From positions 11,439,114 to 11,503,113 of the forward strand of contig CAJINV010000004.1 in the NCBI GenBank assembly GCA_905178155.1: a stretch of 64,000 nt of DNA, written 5' to 3'. Of this stretch, positions 23,796 to 35,049 are shown in pieces (the stretch's first letter is position 1; each line of letters opens with the position of its first letter). The position numbers were made by a program, and so were the translations under genes. The stretch comes from Amoebophrya sp. A120 (lineage: Eukaryota > Protista > Dinoflagellata). Under the pieces are notes generated by a model. That model had not been told where the DNA came from, did not search any database, and worked only from the letters and a program-made list of their open reading frames with translations.

Positions 23796-25013
23796 TCACA
23801 GCTTCGACTGCGGCTTTAGCCCGACCACTGGCCCGCCCGTCTCCTTCGCGACCGCCATGTCGCCCCGCAGAACCGCACTGTTTCCGCTCTTCGAAGTAGA
23901 AGTGAAACCCGTTACAGCAGAAGTACTAGAAGTTCTTGCATCATCACTACCTTTTAAATAATTCTTCATTTGAAACTGCAAAACTTCCGCGGCCTGCTTC
24001 ACCATTCCTTCCACGACCTCCCGCGCGGGTAAAACGTCCTCAATCGCGCCGGCCGCTTGCCCCGCGAGCGAATTCGAGATTTCCAACGCAGACAGCCGGT
24101 ACTTTTCCATGCCGGTGTCCTCGGATAAGTCCGCGTACACCGGAATCTGCCCGTCCGCCAACAACTTGCGGATCCTTTCCTGGTCTTTCTCCTTCTCCTT
24201 CAGGTACGCGTTGGGAATCACCCGCAAGGGTCGCCCCGTCAAGTACAGCGTGCGGATCGTATCTGCCGCTTTCGCTTTCATAATCTTCTCCTTGTGGTGC
24301 TTCGGCGCGTGGGACTCCTCCGTGCAGACAAACCGCGTTCCCACCCACACGCCGGACGCCCCCAACGCCAGCATGGAGGCGAGCCCGCGCCCGTCGAACA
24401 CCCCGCCCGCGCCGACCACGAGCACGTCTGCGGAGTTGTTGTAGTTTCGCCGCTTCCATTTCCGGCACAAATCCACGCACTGCGGGACCAAAACGGAAGA
24501 AGCGATGTCCCCGGTGTGACCACCCGCCTCGTGCCCCTGCGCGCAGATCAAATCCGCACCGGCGGCGAGCGCCTTCTCGCAGTTCCGCACCGAGCCAACC
24601 ATGTTCATCACGAGCACGTTGTGCGCGTGCAACTTTTCGACCGCCCATTTTGGCGGCACCCCGACCGCGCAGATGAATAGTTTCGCCTTGTATTCGCAGA
24701 TGATGTCGATCAGTTCCGGGAGTTTGCCGTCCGAATAATCGTAGTTTGTCTTCCTCGCGCCGTCGCCGACCTGCGGGATCAGCAAATCTACACCGAAGTT
24801 TCGAGGGTCCGTGCCTTTTTCCTTCAACAAGTCGGTCAGCTCTTGCAACTCCTGGCGCAAAGCCTTTGGCTGAAAACTTTGCCCTCCGATGTTCCCGAAC
24901 CCGCCCGCGTTGGACACTGCAGCAGCCAGCTCGGACGTGGACACGCTGTTCATGCCAGCAAGCAAAATGGGGTGCTGGATCCCCAGCAGATCGCAGAGTT
25001 CGGTGCGAAGCAT
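23796..25013 (-). CDS. Nitronate monooxygenase / 2-nitropropane dioxygenase / FabK-like FMN oxidoreductase, intronless
   Basis: LGIQHPILLAGM, AAAVSNAGGFG, AQGHEAGGHTG, VGAGGVFDGRGLASMLALGASGVWVGTRF, AGQAAGAI motifs. Confidence 0.92.
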   Translation of the reverse strand: MLRTELCDLLGIQHPILLAGMNSVSTSELAAAVSNAGGFGNIGGQSFQPKALRQELQELTDLLKEKGTDPRNFGVDLLIPQVGDGARKTNYDYSDGKLPELIDIICEYKAKLFICAVGVPPKWAVEKLHAHNVLVMNMVGSVRNCEKALAAGADLICAQGHEAGGHTGDIASSVLVPQCVDLCRKWKRRNYNNSADVLVVGAGGVFDGRGLASMLALGASGVWVGTRFVCTEESHAPKHHKEKIMKAKAADTIRTLYLTGRPLRVIPNAYLKEKEKDQERIRKLLADGQIPVYADLSEDTGMEKYRLSALEISNSLAGQAAGAIEDVLPAREVVEGMVKQAAEVLQFQMKNYLKGSDDARTSSTSAVTGFTSTSKSGNSAVLRGDMAVAKETGGPVVGLKPQSKL

Positions 25014-25970
25014 TTTTGTATAGATTCAGGCTCACTGTTGACTTTTGGGGTGCTGTACCGCTAGACAACGAACAGGGTAGAGAAACAGAAAGTATGGCAA
25101 AAAAAAGAATATCTGAATCGATCTAGCTCGCGGGGTAGCTGTACTAGATTCTTTCAATTCTTTATTAGTTGTACGTGAAGGATTGACATTTTTGTTCAAG
25201 GGTAAAAAACGCACAGTCAATCTCGCTCCTTTCTTTTCAATTTGCAATTCCATTTCAGCTGCCACGCTTTTCTCTCACAAAGAATACGCAGCTCCTGCGG
25301 ACGAACAAAAACGATCGCCACATCCGTACTAAAAAGCCCAAAGCTCGTGCGCAAAGCTTTGACTTTGTGAAAGCCCGCACGACGTATGGTCGTTTTCTGC
25401 TGCTACAAAGAGCAGCTTGTAGTGCCCTTCAATGGATAGGTCGCTTGTCGTTAAAGAAGTGCAAGTGGTCGTGTCGCTTCGGCCTTTCTTGATTTACTAG
25501 ATGATGACTACACAACTGCTGTTGACATGTTGAAACCATAAAATCTGGGGCATAGTAGAGTAGAGGTCATCCTTTCGCTCCTTGCCAGGCGGGCCTATGA
25601 GCAAGGAGTCAAGTCAAGTCTGATAAAACTATGAAAAACTTTCAATTTTTTCTTCCATGCGAAAATCTAAATCGTACAGGAATAGATAGATCTGTCATGC
25701 GCTATGGGATGGGGTTCATCTTCGAGCTCGTTCATTCAACTGCAGCTGGGACCAATATGTACTACTTTTTAGTGCAGAAAATAATAGCTTTATTTTCAAT
25801 AAAAATTGAACTTCAAATGCGACTTGACTTGACAACCTTGTCACGGTCTTAGTGCGCTCCTGCTCGGGTCTTTCGTCGGTCCTCCAGGATGATGAATGTT
25901 GATTGTTCACCGGACCGCCCGACGCAGCAGCCCGCACGACTTGACAGTGACAACATCAATGTAGTTCTAC

Positions 25971-28688
25971 TCACATCTTCTGTTTTTTCAACGGGGGTGC
26001 AGCCGGGATGTCCGTCGCCAGACTCGGGGTTCGCAACGACGCGTGTACGTTCATGCTCGGCGTCCCCTGGCCGAGGTTCCGCGCGAACTTGGCCAACTGC
26101 CGTTGCGCCGACACGCCCTCCTTTTTCGCCGCACTGCTCATCCCACCACCACCGGTGGTCCCGCCGCCGCCCGTTCTGCCGCCGCGCGACGAGGACGCGG
26201 CTCCGGAAAAAATGGAGGAGTAGTTGGGCGTCAGGTGCCCGGGTAGTCGGCTCAGCTGCCCGCTGTTCAACGCCCGAATGGCCTTGTCGGAGAGTTGGAT
26301 GTGCTTCCCGCTGTTCCCAACCGACACGCCGCCACTCGACCGCGCGGACCGGCTGACCACCGACGCCGCGGACGAAGCGTTATTGCCACCGCCGACATGA
26401 TGTTGATTCGGCGTCCGCCCGCCCTCGCTCATCGGCGTTTGGGAGCCGAAGTTCGTCTCCCCGGGGCCGACCACGTTGACCCCCATGTCGCGCATGTACT
26501 GGAGCTGCTTTTCCTTCATCTCGCGCTTCCCGTGCTTCTTGTCCTTCTCCATCCGCTCGCGCTTTTTTTCGTGGGTGGAAATCGTCGGCACGAAGAACGT
26601 CGTGTTGTCAGATTCGCCCTGCTTTGCGGCGCCCGCCCGCTTCACGTCGCTCTCGTCGAAGTGCGTGGGCACCACCGGCTGGTCCACCAAGAGCGGCGTG
26701 GACGCAATTGCACCGTAGGTCATCAGCGGCGACATCATGCCGTTCTCGACCATCTGGTCGGGGTCCAGCGACGGGGTGTGCATGAACGTGTCGTCCTTTT
26801 GCATCCGCCCCGTGGGCCCGCCAAACTCGCCCTCCTCCGCCATCACCAGGTGGGAACGCAGCTTGTGCTCGTCCTCCATCTTCTTCAGCCGCTTCTGCTC
26901 CTGCGCTTTGGCCTCCTTGGTGTAGTTCGAGCGGACCGGGAACCGCGTGCCGGAAAAGTTCGTCTCGCCCTTCTGTCTTCGCAAATGCGAGGCCGGGATG
27001 ATCCCCTTGGGGTTGAAGTACAGGCTGTTCCTCGCCGTGTGAGAAGCCTGAGTTTTCAACGCGAGTGTCTCCGGGTTGCGGGCAGAAACCAGCTCCAGCT
27101 TCTGTTCGGACTCCTGGACGAGGCCCTTTTTCGTGCCTGCGGTTGTGGAAGTGGTTGACGCAATTATTTGCTGTCCTCGATTGTTGCTGCCAATCTTGGC
27201 CAAAACGCCACTGGCGGAAGATGCACCGGCGGTGTTGTCGTTTTGATGCTGTGGACCCGGCGCTGCTGCACCAGTACTAGAAAAATCCTCTCCCTGCGGT
27301 GAAATAAATGCTCCCCCACCGCCGCCCACTGCCACTGGCGATTCTCCCCCCTCGTCCCAATCCAGGCGTTTGTCCAGCGCTTCGGTCGTCAGCAGCTGCT
27401 TGCCGCCCGGGGATTTTGGCGTCGGCAAGTCCAGTTTTCTATTCTCGGAATCCTCGGAATTCTTCGACGGCGGCGCGACCAACGCCAAGCGCGGGGCGAT
27501 CGGGATGGCCAGGTCGTCAAACGTGCTCGAACCGTTTTTTCCGCCGCCGTTCTCCAACATTTTCGATTCGTCCCGGAAATCCTGAATTTGTTGTTGCACC
27601 AAGTAGTTTTGTCGATCCGTGATCGGGTCAAACTCCTCCTCCGCGGCGACTTTCGTCAACCCAAACACGTGCTCCCGGGACTGGTCCGCGAACGGCATTT
27701 TCAGCTGCTCCTTCAGCAACTTCGACCCTTTTTCCAGCGTCCGCGTTTCCGTCACGGTGGTGGCGGTCTCCACGGTGTTCACCGCTTTCCCCTCCTCGTC
27801 CTTCTTGCGGTGCTTTTTCCACCAGTGCGGGTTGTTCTGCCGCTCCGTCTTTCCGATCTTCGCACTGTCCTCCGCGAACGCGTCCCGCAGGTGTTTCAGA
27901 TTCTGGTCGATGAACTGCGCCCCGGAGTACTCGATCGCCAGTTTTTCGCTGTTCTCCAGCGCGATTTGCAGTCGGTCGTGCTCCTCCTTCTTCTCCACGT
28001 AGGCCTCTTTTTGCCGCTTCTTCTGCATGTCCTTCTCGAAAATCTCGCGGAAGGACGCGTTGTCTTCGGAGAGGTACTTTGCGTTGTACTCGTCGAGCGT
28101 CATGTTCTTGGTGTTCAGCGTCGTGTACTTGCCGTTGTCGGTCCGCTGCACGATGCGGGTCACGTCCGACGGGTTGTACACGTCCTTGTGCTCTTCCCGC
28201 TTTTCCAACGCCAGAATCTCTTTCGCGATCTCCATCCGCGCCTGCTCGGTCTCGATCGTCCCGTCGCGGGGCAGGGAAAACAGCTCGTTCTGCAGGCGGA
28301 GCTTGGGCAGGTCCGGAAAAAAATCCCGCTCGATGATCGCGGACAACCCCTCGACAAAATCCTCCTCCGTCACGATCTCCGCGTTGGGACGGGGCTTCAG
28401 AAAGGTTTCCTTCTCCGGTAGCAGCGACAGCTCGTTCGCCCTCCGCTGCGCCAAGTCCCTCGTGCTGTGGTGCACGTTGTCCTTGGCTGGGATGATCTGT
28501 CCATTACGGTCGCGCGTGCTCCCGTCCTTCTTCGGCAGAAGCGCGAGCAGGGCATGGGACGGGGCGGCATGGGACTTGGCGGAACTGGAGTTGCCGCCGA
28601 CGCTGCTCGCACTACTCAGCCGGGAGGACATGGTTTGGTTTTTCAAACGGAGTTGCTGATGAACAAGCCGGGAACTACGAATAACCAC
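25971..28688 (-). CDS. ESS2: Splicing factor ESS2/DGCR14 (Es2) homologue, intronless; start may be 28631
   Basis: EEDFVEGLSAIIERDFFPDL, TLDEYNAKYLSEDNASFREI, ARNSLYFNP, TRFP and SPLMTYGAIASTP are ES2-family motifs. Confidence 0.88.
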   Translation of the reverse strand: MVIRSSRLVHQQLRLKNQTMSSRLSSASSVGGNSSSAKSHAAPSHALLALLPKKDGSTRDRNGQIIPAKDNVHHSTRDLAQRRANELSLLPEKETFLKPRPNAEIVTEEDFVEGLSAIIERDFFPDLPKLRLQNELFSLPRDGTIETEQARMEIAKEILALEKREEHKDVYNPSDVTRIVQRTDNGKYTTLNTKNMTLDEYNAKYLSEDNASFREIFEKDMQKKRQKEAYVEKKEEHDRLQIALENSEKLAIEYSGAQFIDQNLKHLRDAFAEDSAKIGKTERQNNPHWWKKHRKKDEEGKAVNTVETATTVTETRTLEKGSKLLKEQLKMPFADQSREHVFGLTKVAAEEEFDPITDRQNYLVQQQIQDFRDESKMLENGGGKNGSSTFDDLAIPIAPRLALVAPPSKNSEDSENRKLDLPTPKSPGGKQLLTTEALDKRLDWDEGGESPVAVGGGGGAFISPQGEDFSSTGAAAPGPQHQNDNTAGASSASGVLAKIGSNNRGQQIIASTTSTTAGTKKGLVQESEQKLELVSARNPETLALKTQASHTARNSLYFNPKGIIPASHLRRQKGETNFSGTRFPVRSNYTKEAKAQEQKRLKKMEDEHKLRSHLVMAEEGEFGGPTGRMQKDDTFMHTPSLDPDQMVENGMMSPLMTYGAIASTPLLVDQPVVPTHFDESDVKRAGAAKQGESDNTTFFVPTISTHEKKRERMEKDKKHGKREMKEKQLQYMRDMGVNVVGPGETNFGSQTPMSEGGRTPNQHHVGGGNNASSAASVVSRSARSSGGVSVGNSGKHIQLSDKAIRALNSGQLSRLPGHLTPNYSSIFSGAASSSRGGRTGGGGTTGGGGMSSAAKKEGVSAQRQLAKFARNLGQGTPSMNVHASLRTPSLATDIPAAPPLKKQKM

Positions 28689-29378
28689 GATGAAGTCACT
28701 ACTTGAAGATCACTGCTCCTGGTGATGTTGCTTCGCCACCTGCTGTTCATGGTCACGAGTGGAGAAGTGGTGCGCAGTAAGCTAGCGAGCTTCTACCATA
28801 TAAGTAAGTATCAAGTATGTCGACCACCACATAATTCCTGAAAACTTCTGAATGGAGAGATAGCGTGCTTTGAAATTTGAAGTACTGAAAAAACAAAATC
28901 TTGATTGAGGTCCTGTATGGAGCATTAAAACTCAGGGCGATCGGAATCGGCTAAGCATTTGCATTTCAAAACGCGGAAATCATGTCATATTTCGAACAGC
29001 GATCCGTCTTGCGAGTACGATTTCGATCTTCTTCTTCTCATGAAAGTGCGCAAGCTCGTCATCATGCTCGAAACAAATTCAGATCCTTCGATACGACGCA
29101 CCTTCCAGGAACAAATTTGAAACTCTGACCTGTTGCTGCCCTAGCAGGTCTCGTGGATCATAGCGCTTTTGAAGTCCTATTTGCAACTAAAATCAGCAAG
29201 GTGTGGGAAAAAAACCAAGTGTGTGCTGGTATATTTGCTTCACACCAAACGTAGCTCGACTGCAAATTGCTTGAGATCGCGGCTGCAAATCTTACTTCCA
29301 ACTCGGTCTCGATAATTAACAAATCCTCGGAAAAAATAATCCTTTAACAACATCTGTACCACCAACGCAAAACAACCC

Positions 29379-29789
29379 TCACTCCTCCCCAAACGGGCAC
29401 TTCCAGGGGTCCTTCTCGCCTGAGTTGCAGCTGCACGTGTCCCCTCGTGCTCCCTTCTCCGGCACGCCGCAGTGCTCCTCGCAAAACGCTTTTTTCTGCT
29501 TCTTTGCGTACTCCGGGCCCTTGTCCGCCAGAACCTGTCCATTACCACACAGAGCAAACGTGCACGCCTGGTGCTTCCAGTGCGACGGCTTGGGGACGTC
29601 GCACCCGAGGTGCGGGCCTTCCTGGACGACAACACAGCAGGCGCAACTGCATGTCTTCGGCGGGTACAGCTTCTTCTTCTGCTCGAGCACGTGCCGGAGA
29701 TTGCTGGTTAGGAAGGCGCGGACCGCGGTGGCATCGAGGAGAAGGACGAAGAAAAACAGCACTGGGGAGCGACGAAATGACCGAAGCAT
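29379..29789 (-). CDS. Small secreted cysteine-rich protein (136 aa)
   Basis: Hydrophobic signal (VLFFFVLLLDATAVRA), CSCACC motif, about 12 Cys, GC3-rich codons like neighbouring genes. Confidence 0.7.
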   Translation of the reverse strand: MLRSFRRSPVLFFFVLLLDATAVRAFLTSNLRHVLEQKKKLYPPKTCSCACCVVVQEGPHLGCDVPKPSHWKHQACTFALCGNGQVLADKGPEYAKKQKKAFCEEHCGVPEKGARGDTCSCNSGEKDPWKCPFGEE

Positions 29790-29919
29790 TTTGAAATAAA
29801 TGGGACAGCGCAGCCACCAATACTGGGAGCAAGTCGCACTCAGGTGAGTTTACTTACACCACTGACATCTCTCGCCAACAATGTGTGACGCAGGAAACTT
29901 CTCTCCTCTCAAGAACACG

Positions 29920-31900
29920 AACCGTGGGCAGGCGTGCACCCTGCAAGCGCCGCGCGCCCGCATTTCGTCCGGGGGTTTGACGCCCGGCAATGCGAGGAAG
30001 CAATTGCTGTCTTGAAAATCGTGCCCCAGAACAAGAGACTCGGGCCGACCGAGACTAGGGCCGCCGCAAAACAGCGCCAGAAGGGCGCAGGCTTGCAGGC
30101 GGCGCAAGCCAATCTGCGGGCCGCGCACCCGGCGCAGCCCCTCGCGGGTTAGAAGGGCCGACGGGGAGGCCGTCTTTGCCTCTCCTTTTCGAGACAACTG
30201 GCGCGGCCGCGCGGAAGGCCGCCAACCAAGCGTCTAAGGCCGGGGGGCCAGCAAGCTGAAAGGCCGGGAAAGCAGGGCCGCCGCAGCCGCGGACCGGATT
30301 CCGCCAATTTGGGGCGCCCAGAACCGGGCGCCGAAAAAAAAAGCCACACCCGCCAAGCCCGCGAAGCCGCCGCCCTCTCGTCTTCTTTTTTGCGTCGACA
30401 AGAGCGCGGGCGCTAAACGCTTGCTGCGAACAAATTGCCGCCGGAACCGAAGACGATGCTGCAGCCGTTTCTCCAGCCGCCTGACCGGCGGGGAAGAGTC
30501 TTCGCGTGGGGGGCTGGCTGCGCGGGCCTTGCGGCGCCTGCCCGCCCGGCCTGCCCGGCGGGCGCCATTTCCCTACCGGCCCGGTGCTGTCTACCGGCCC
30601 CGCAGGCCGGCCGCGAACAACGGCGCCAGCGCCCGGGCCGGGCGCCAGCGGTGTTACAGGGCGAAGGAAGGCGGAGGGCGGGCCCGCAAACCCGCAAAGA
30701 ACTCGCTGCCGCCCTTCTACGTCGTGGACCTCGCCTTCGAGGCGGCGGCCGGCTTCGCCGGGGATTTGATCTGCGCGCCGGCCGCTTTCGGCTTCGGGCC
30801 CTGCCCATATATTTGCCCGGGGGGGCTCGCCCTGGTGGCGGCGAAAGGCCGCCCGGGCAATCTGCGCGCAAAAACCGCGACGGCGCTTAGCTCCCTGCTG
30901 CTTCTTTGCCACCTTGCCTGCCGCCTTGTCGAAGGCCTGGCGGGCCCTCTTCCGCAACCCCCAGGCCGACGGGTAGCAGAGGCGGGCCCTCTCGACGAAC
31001 CGGATCCGCCCGGCTCGGGCTGGGTGAGGGCCGCCGCCTTTGCGTCTTTTCCCGCCGCGCCGTCGTGGGCCCGCCTCTTGTCGATGGGGGCGGCCCTGCG
31101 AGCGGCCCCCCAACCTCGCGCGGCGCCGGCCGAGTACATTGGCCCCGCCGCTGCCGGCGCCCTCGGCGCTTGCATGCAGGGCGGCGCCCGAGGAAAGTCC
31201 GCGGCGGCCCCGCGGCACGCTGGGCGCACGCCCGAGCGGCATCGCAGCGCGCTGGCAAAAGAACACAAAGCCCCAAGCTTGGCTATTCCCGGTCGGCGCT
31301 GTGCTGCTGCCCCCCCCACTGCCGGGAGGCTTCTGGCATGGGCGGAGCCTTTTCTCCAGCCGCGGCCCATTCTCCTCCTCGACGAACATGCGCCCCCCCC
31401 GGGCCCGCAGTTCCGGAGTGGGGTGCCATCATCTTCGTACCCAATCCCGGGAAGCGGAGTCTTGATCGCCCCGCCCGCGGGCGTGGCAGAGAGCAGGCGA
31501 GCCGAAAGCCCCCCGCGCCGCCCGCCGTGCGCATGGCGTAAGCGCGGCGGCCCGCACCCGCCGAGCGTGCCGCACGCTCCGGGCAAGGACAGAAAGGCCT
31601 GCGCCCGGAAATCGCTCCACGTGGTCAGCCAGGGGCCCCGCCGTTTTCTCATATTGCCCAACCCTTCGGCCAGGTGGCGCAACCGCCCCTACTTCTGCCG
31701 CCGTGGTTTGGATCTCGCAGAGCCAGTGCCCTCGCGCGCTCTCAATCCCGGCCGCGCCGGCTCCCGTCTTCTCCAAAAAATACCCCAGCGGCCGCAGGGC
31801 CTGGCGCGCCATGATGCGCAAACACCTAGGCGCCGACTCTCCGACCAGGCCGCAGCCCGCGGCCTTTCGTCTACGCGTATGCGCGCCGCAGTCGTCCCAT
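29920..31900. other. Very GC-rich island without a credible gene; possibly a decayed mobile element
   Basis: Abrupt compositional shift (about 70% GC by eye); overlapping Ala/Arg/Gly/Pro-rich ORFs in all frames, no clear domain. Confidence 0.4.
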
Positions 31901-32278
31901 GCAATCCGCACGCTAATAGGCCACACTCGTCCCAGCAACATACCTGATTGATTACCTCATAGTCCAAAAACCACGGGCGCGGGAACACACTTACGACTCC
32001 GTCGATGCACATGTGCGACGCGTTGCAACTCCGCACATGATCACACAATGAAACGAGCATTATCGGATTGAAGAAAGTTCGGCCAATACTTCTAGATAAT
32101 TCTCTGAAATAAAGTGTGAACGCGTCGCGCAAAAGACAATCACCAGAAGCTGAATGATTCTCGTTTAGGTTCGTTCCCCAGATTTTCAAAATGAAAAAAG
32201 TTTTGTCGTCCTTCGCTCTCACCACAATAGAGAATGAGAACCAGAATTCCTTCTGACAGAACCAAAGCCAAACCAGCC

Positions 32279-35049
32279 TCATTGCTTGCCACCGTCATCC
32301 GCTCCCGCGTCAGCCGCTTCTGCTTCTCCCGCAAAATTACCAGCTTGCTTCCGCTCGGCCAGATATTCCGCTTTCTTCAGCCGCTTCTGCGCTCGCTTGC
32401 TGAGCTCAGCCTCTGTCGCGTTCTCATCTTCCGCCGCACGCTTGTTCGTCGCCGATCCCGAAGACTGATGCTTCGCCGCATCCGCCGCCGCCTTCTGTTT
32501 CATCTCCTTCGAGATCCGCTCCTTGAAGTTATTGCTTTTCCCGTCCCGTTCGCCCAGTGGCCACCGCGGTCGCGTCTCGAAAAAGTAGTGCGCGTTTTCC
32601 GCCTTGCTCGGCGGGTCGTCGTAGAGCCCCTGCAGTAACCGCTCCACGCCAGTCCACGCCACCATCACGCCATTGTCCACGCAGTACTTGGGCGGGGGAA
32701 TCAAAATCTCCAACCCCCGTTCCTTCGCTAACTTCGAGATCTCCGCGCGAACCAGCCCGTTGGCCGCCACGCCGCCCGCGACCACGAGCGTCTTCACTTT
32801 TTTTTTCGATTCTTCCGCGCAGTTGTCCGGGTTGTTGTTCACGGTCGCATCTAAATGTTCCTGCGCGCGGACGATCGCGCGGTCGGTGCGCTCCACGAGG
32901 TGCGCGACGGCAACTTTTTGGAACACCGCGGCAATGTCCTTCCGCGCCTGCTGCTTTACGGGATCTTCTTCGGTTTGTATTTCCGCAGCTGGTTTCTTTC
33001 CTTCCTCTTTATCTTTCCCCGCACCCTCCGTTGTCGCATTCGTCGCCACGACCGTGCTGTCCAGCGGACAGTGTTTTTCGATGAGCGCCTTGACCCCGGT
33101 TTTTAACCCAGAGTAGCTGAAATCGCATCCCTTCTTGAGCCCGACGTCGCGGCTGTTGCACAATGGCTTTGGTAGGAAAAACTTTTTGTCATCGCCCTCC
33201 TTCGCCATTCTCTCCAAATGCGGTCCGCCGGGAATTTTCGTGATCCCGAGTAGCCGGCTGGTCTTGTCAAACGCTTCGCCCACCGAGTCGTCCAGTGTGG
33301 ATCCGAGAATGCGGTGTTTACCCAGGCCCTCGGTGAGCACCACCATGTTGTGGCCGCCCGAAACTAACAGGGTCAGGTACCTGCGAAGAGAAGTTTGGAG
33401 ACAACATCATTATATTTGATTTCGTTCGCAAATAAAATGCTGCATAGTGTAACCTGCAGGTGATGCACGTGAGTGCAGAAATAGTACGAAAGTAAAAACT
33501 GCGATCGGTCAGCACAGTTACGAGGGGAACATTAAAACACGAAAAAACGACGTGTATACGGAAAATCCGGGATAACTTGGTCCGCCTTCATGGGCATCCG
33601 CGTGACCATCGCGTGTGCCTCCATGTGGTGGATGCGGAGGAGCGGCTTCTGCAATTCCGCGGCGAGCCGGACCGCCTTTTCCACCCCAACCGAAAGGCAC
33701 AGACTCAGCCCCGGGCCGACGGTCACGGCGACCGCGGTGATGCTCTCCTGGAGGCTCTTGAACCTGCCATTGCTGTTCTGCTTCGCCAAATCGATGCAGG
33801 TGCTCACGGTTTCGTGAATGGCCTTCTTGTGCGCCTCCTGTGCCGCGTCCGGCTTCACGCCCCCCCACATCTCGTGGATGCCGGCCTGGGACGCGACGCA
33901 CTCGCCGAGGATTTTCCCGTCCGCCGTCACGATCGCGCAGCCCGTGTCGTCGCAGCTCGACTCGATTCCGAGAACGACGACATCCTCAGGAGGGAGTGTC
34001 CGGTACGTGTCAATCTTCTTACCGAGCTTACAACTTTCCACCTTTGCACGATTTTCACGTTCCTTGTCGACACTGCAGTCAGCATTATCTTGTTCGCTGC
34101 TCTGTGGGCTCTGGTCTACCGTGGACTCCGTGTCGTTATTCGTCATATAATCGGTGCAGGAAGAACTGCTCCCACCGCCCAACGCTTTCCCGATGAAGAA
34201 CTCACTCAGCAGCGACGGGCTCACGTGGTACCGCTGCTGCGCTCCCTCCGCGGCCGACGCCAGCGCAAAGTCCTTCAGTCGCGCGTCCCACGCAACATCG
34301 TTCGAGGACAAAAGATTCTTATCCTTGTCCACACTCTCCGGCACCAACCTCGCCTCCCGTGCCTCAGCCTGCACGCCGACGCCGGACAGGTAGACGTGCA
34401 GCACGCGCTCGTGGGGCACTTTGATCGCCGTCCCGAGCCGCTCCGGCCACTCGATCAGGCAGACGTCCTCGCGGAAAATTTTCTCAAAGTCCACCAGTCC
34501 CGCGATCCTGCCCGCCGGCAGCCGGTAGGGGTCCAGGTGATGGACCGAGCAGTTCGGAATGTGCGCGAACCGGGACGCTTTGAAGACGATCTTCTTCTCT
34601 GGATGTTGTTGGGAAGGCCGCTCCTGCGTCGGCCTCGTGGGCGGTAGTTGTTCTTGCTGGAGGTGGTCCATCGTGCTGTCGCTTGTACGGGCAGTAGTTG
34701 CCGAAGTTTTCTTCAAGATCTCCTTCGTGTCGTCTGAAGGGTGCGTAGACATAGAGTGGTCTTTTGGCGTTGTTCCCACCACCTCCTCCTCCGTCAACTT
34801 TTTTCCTTCTTCCGGAGCGTCCTGTTGGTACACGAAGTGCAACAAATACGTCGGACTGGGCACGTCGAGCTGCGCGTTCTGGAAAAAGTACCGGAGAAAG
34901 CCTCGCGACAGCGCGGTCTTGCCCGCCCCGAGCTCGCCGTGGAGAAAGAAAATGTCGCCTTTCCGGGACTTGGCGGCCAGGAGCGCGCCGAGGGCCTCGG
35001 TCGCCTCCACGCTGGGAAGCGATGCGGTAACGGTCGGCGGTGGGGTCAT
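32279..35049 (-). CDS. tsaE-tsaD: t6A biosynthesis TsaE (YjeE ATPase) - TsaD/Qri7 (Kae1 family) fusion; exons 35049-33560 and 33380-32279; 863 aa
   Basis: TsaE motifs: LHGELGAGKT, VPSPTYLL, HLDPYRL, IEWPE. TsaD motifs: VLGIESSCDDTG, VTVGPGL, HHMEAH, LLVSGGH, DDSVGEAFDK, DFSYSGLKT, VAGGVAAN, DNGVMVAW. TsaE and the start of TsaD share one open exon; one GT-AG intron at 33381-33559. Confidence 0.92.

Noticed and set aside
26295-28659. Long plus-strand ORFs opposite ESS2 (and similar ones opposite TsaE-TsaD, DHX29 and the ankyrin-like genes)
   Set aside because: Antisense shadows of GC3-rich coding sequence with no recognisable domains.
30421-31947. 508-aa plus-strand ORF and overlapping 444-aa and 321-aa minus-strand ORFs as genes
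   Set aside because: Stop-codon scarcity from extreme GC content explains them; RT-like snippets (FGFGPCP, QAFDK) are too weak and out of order to call.
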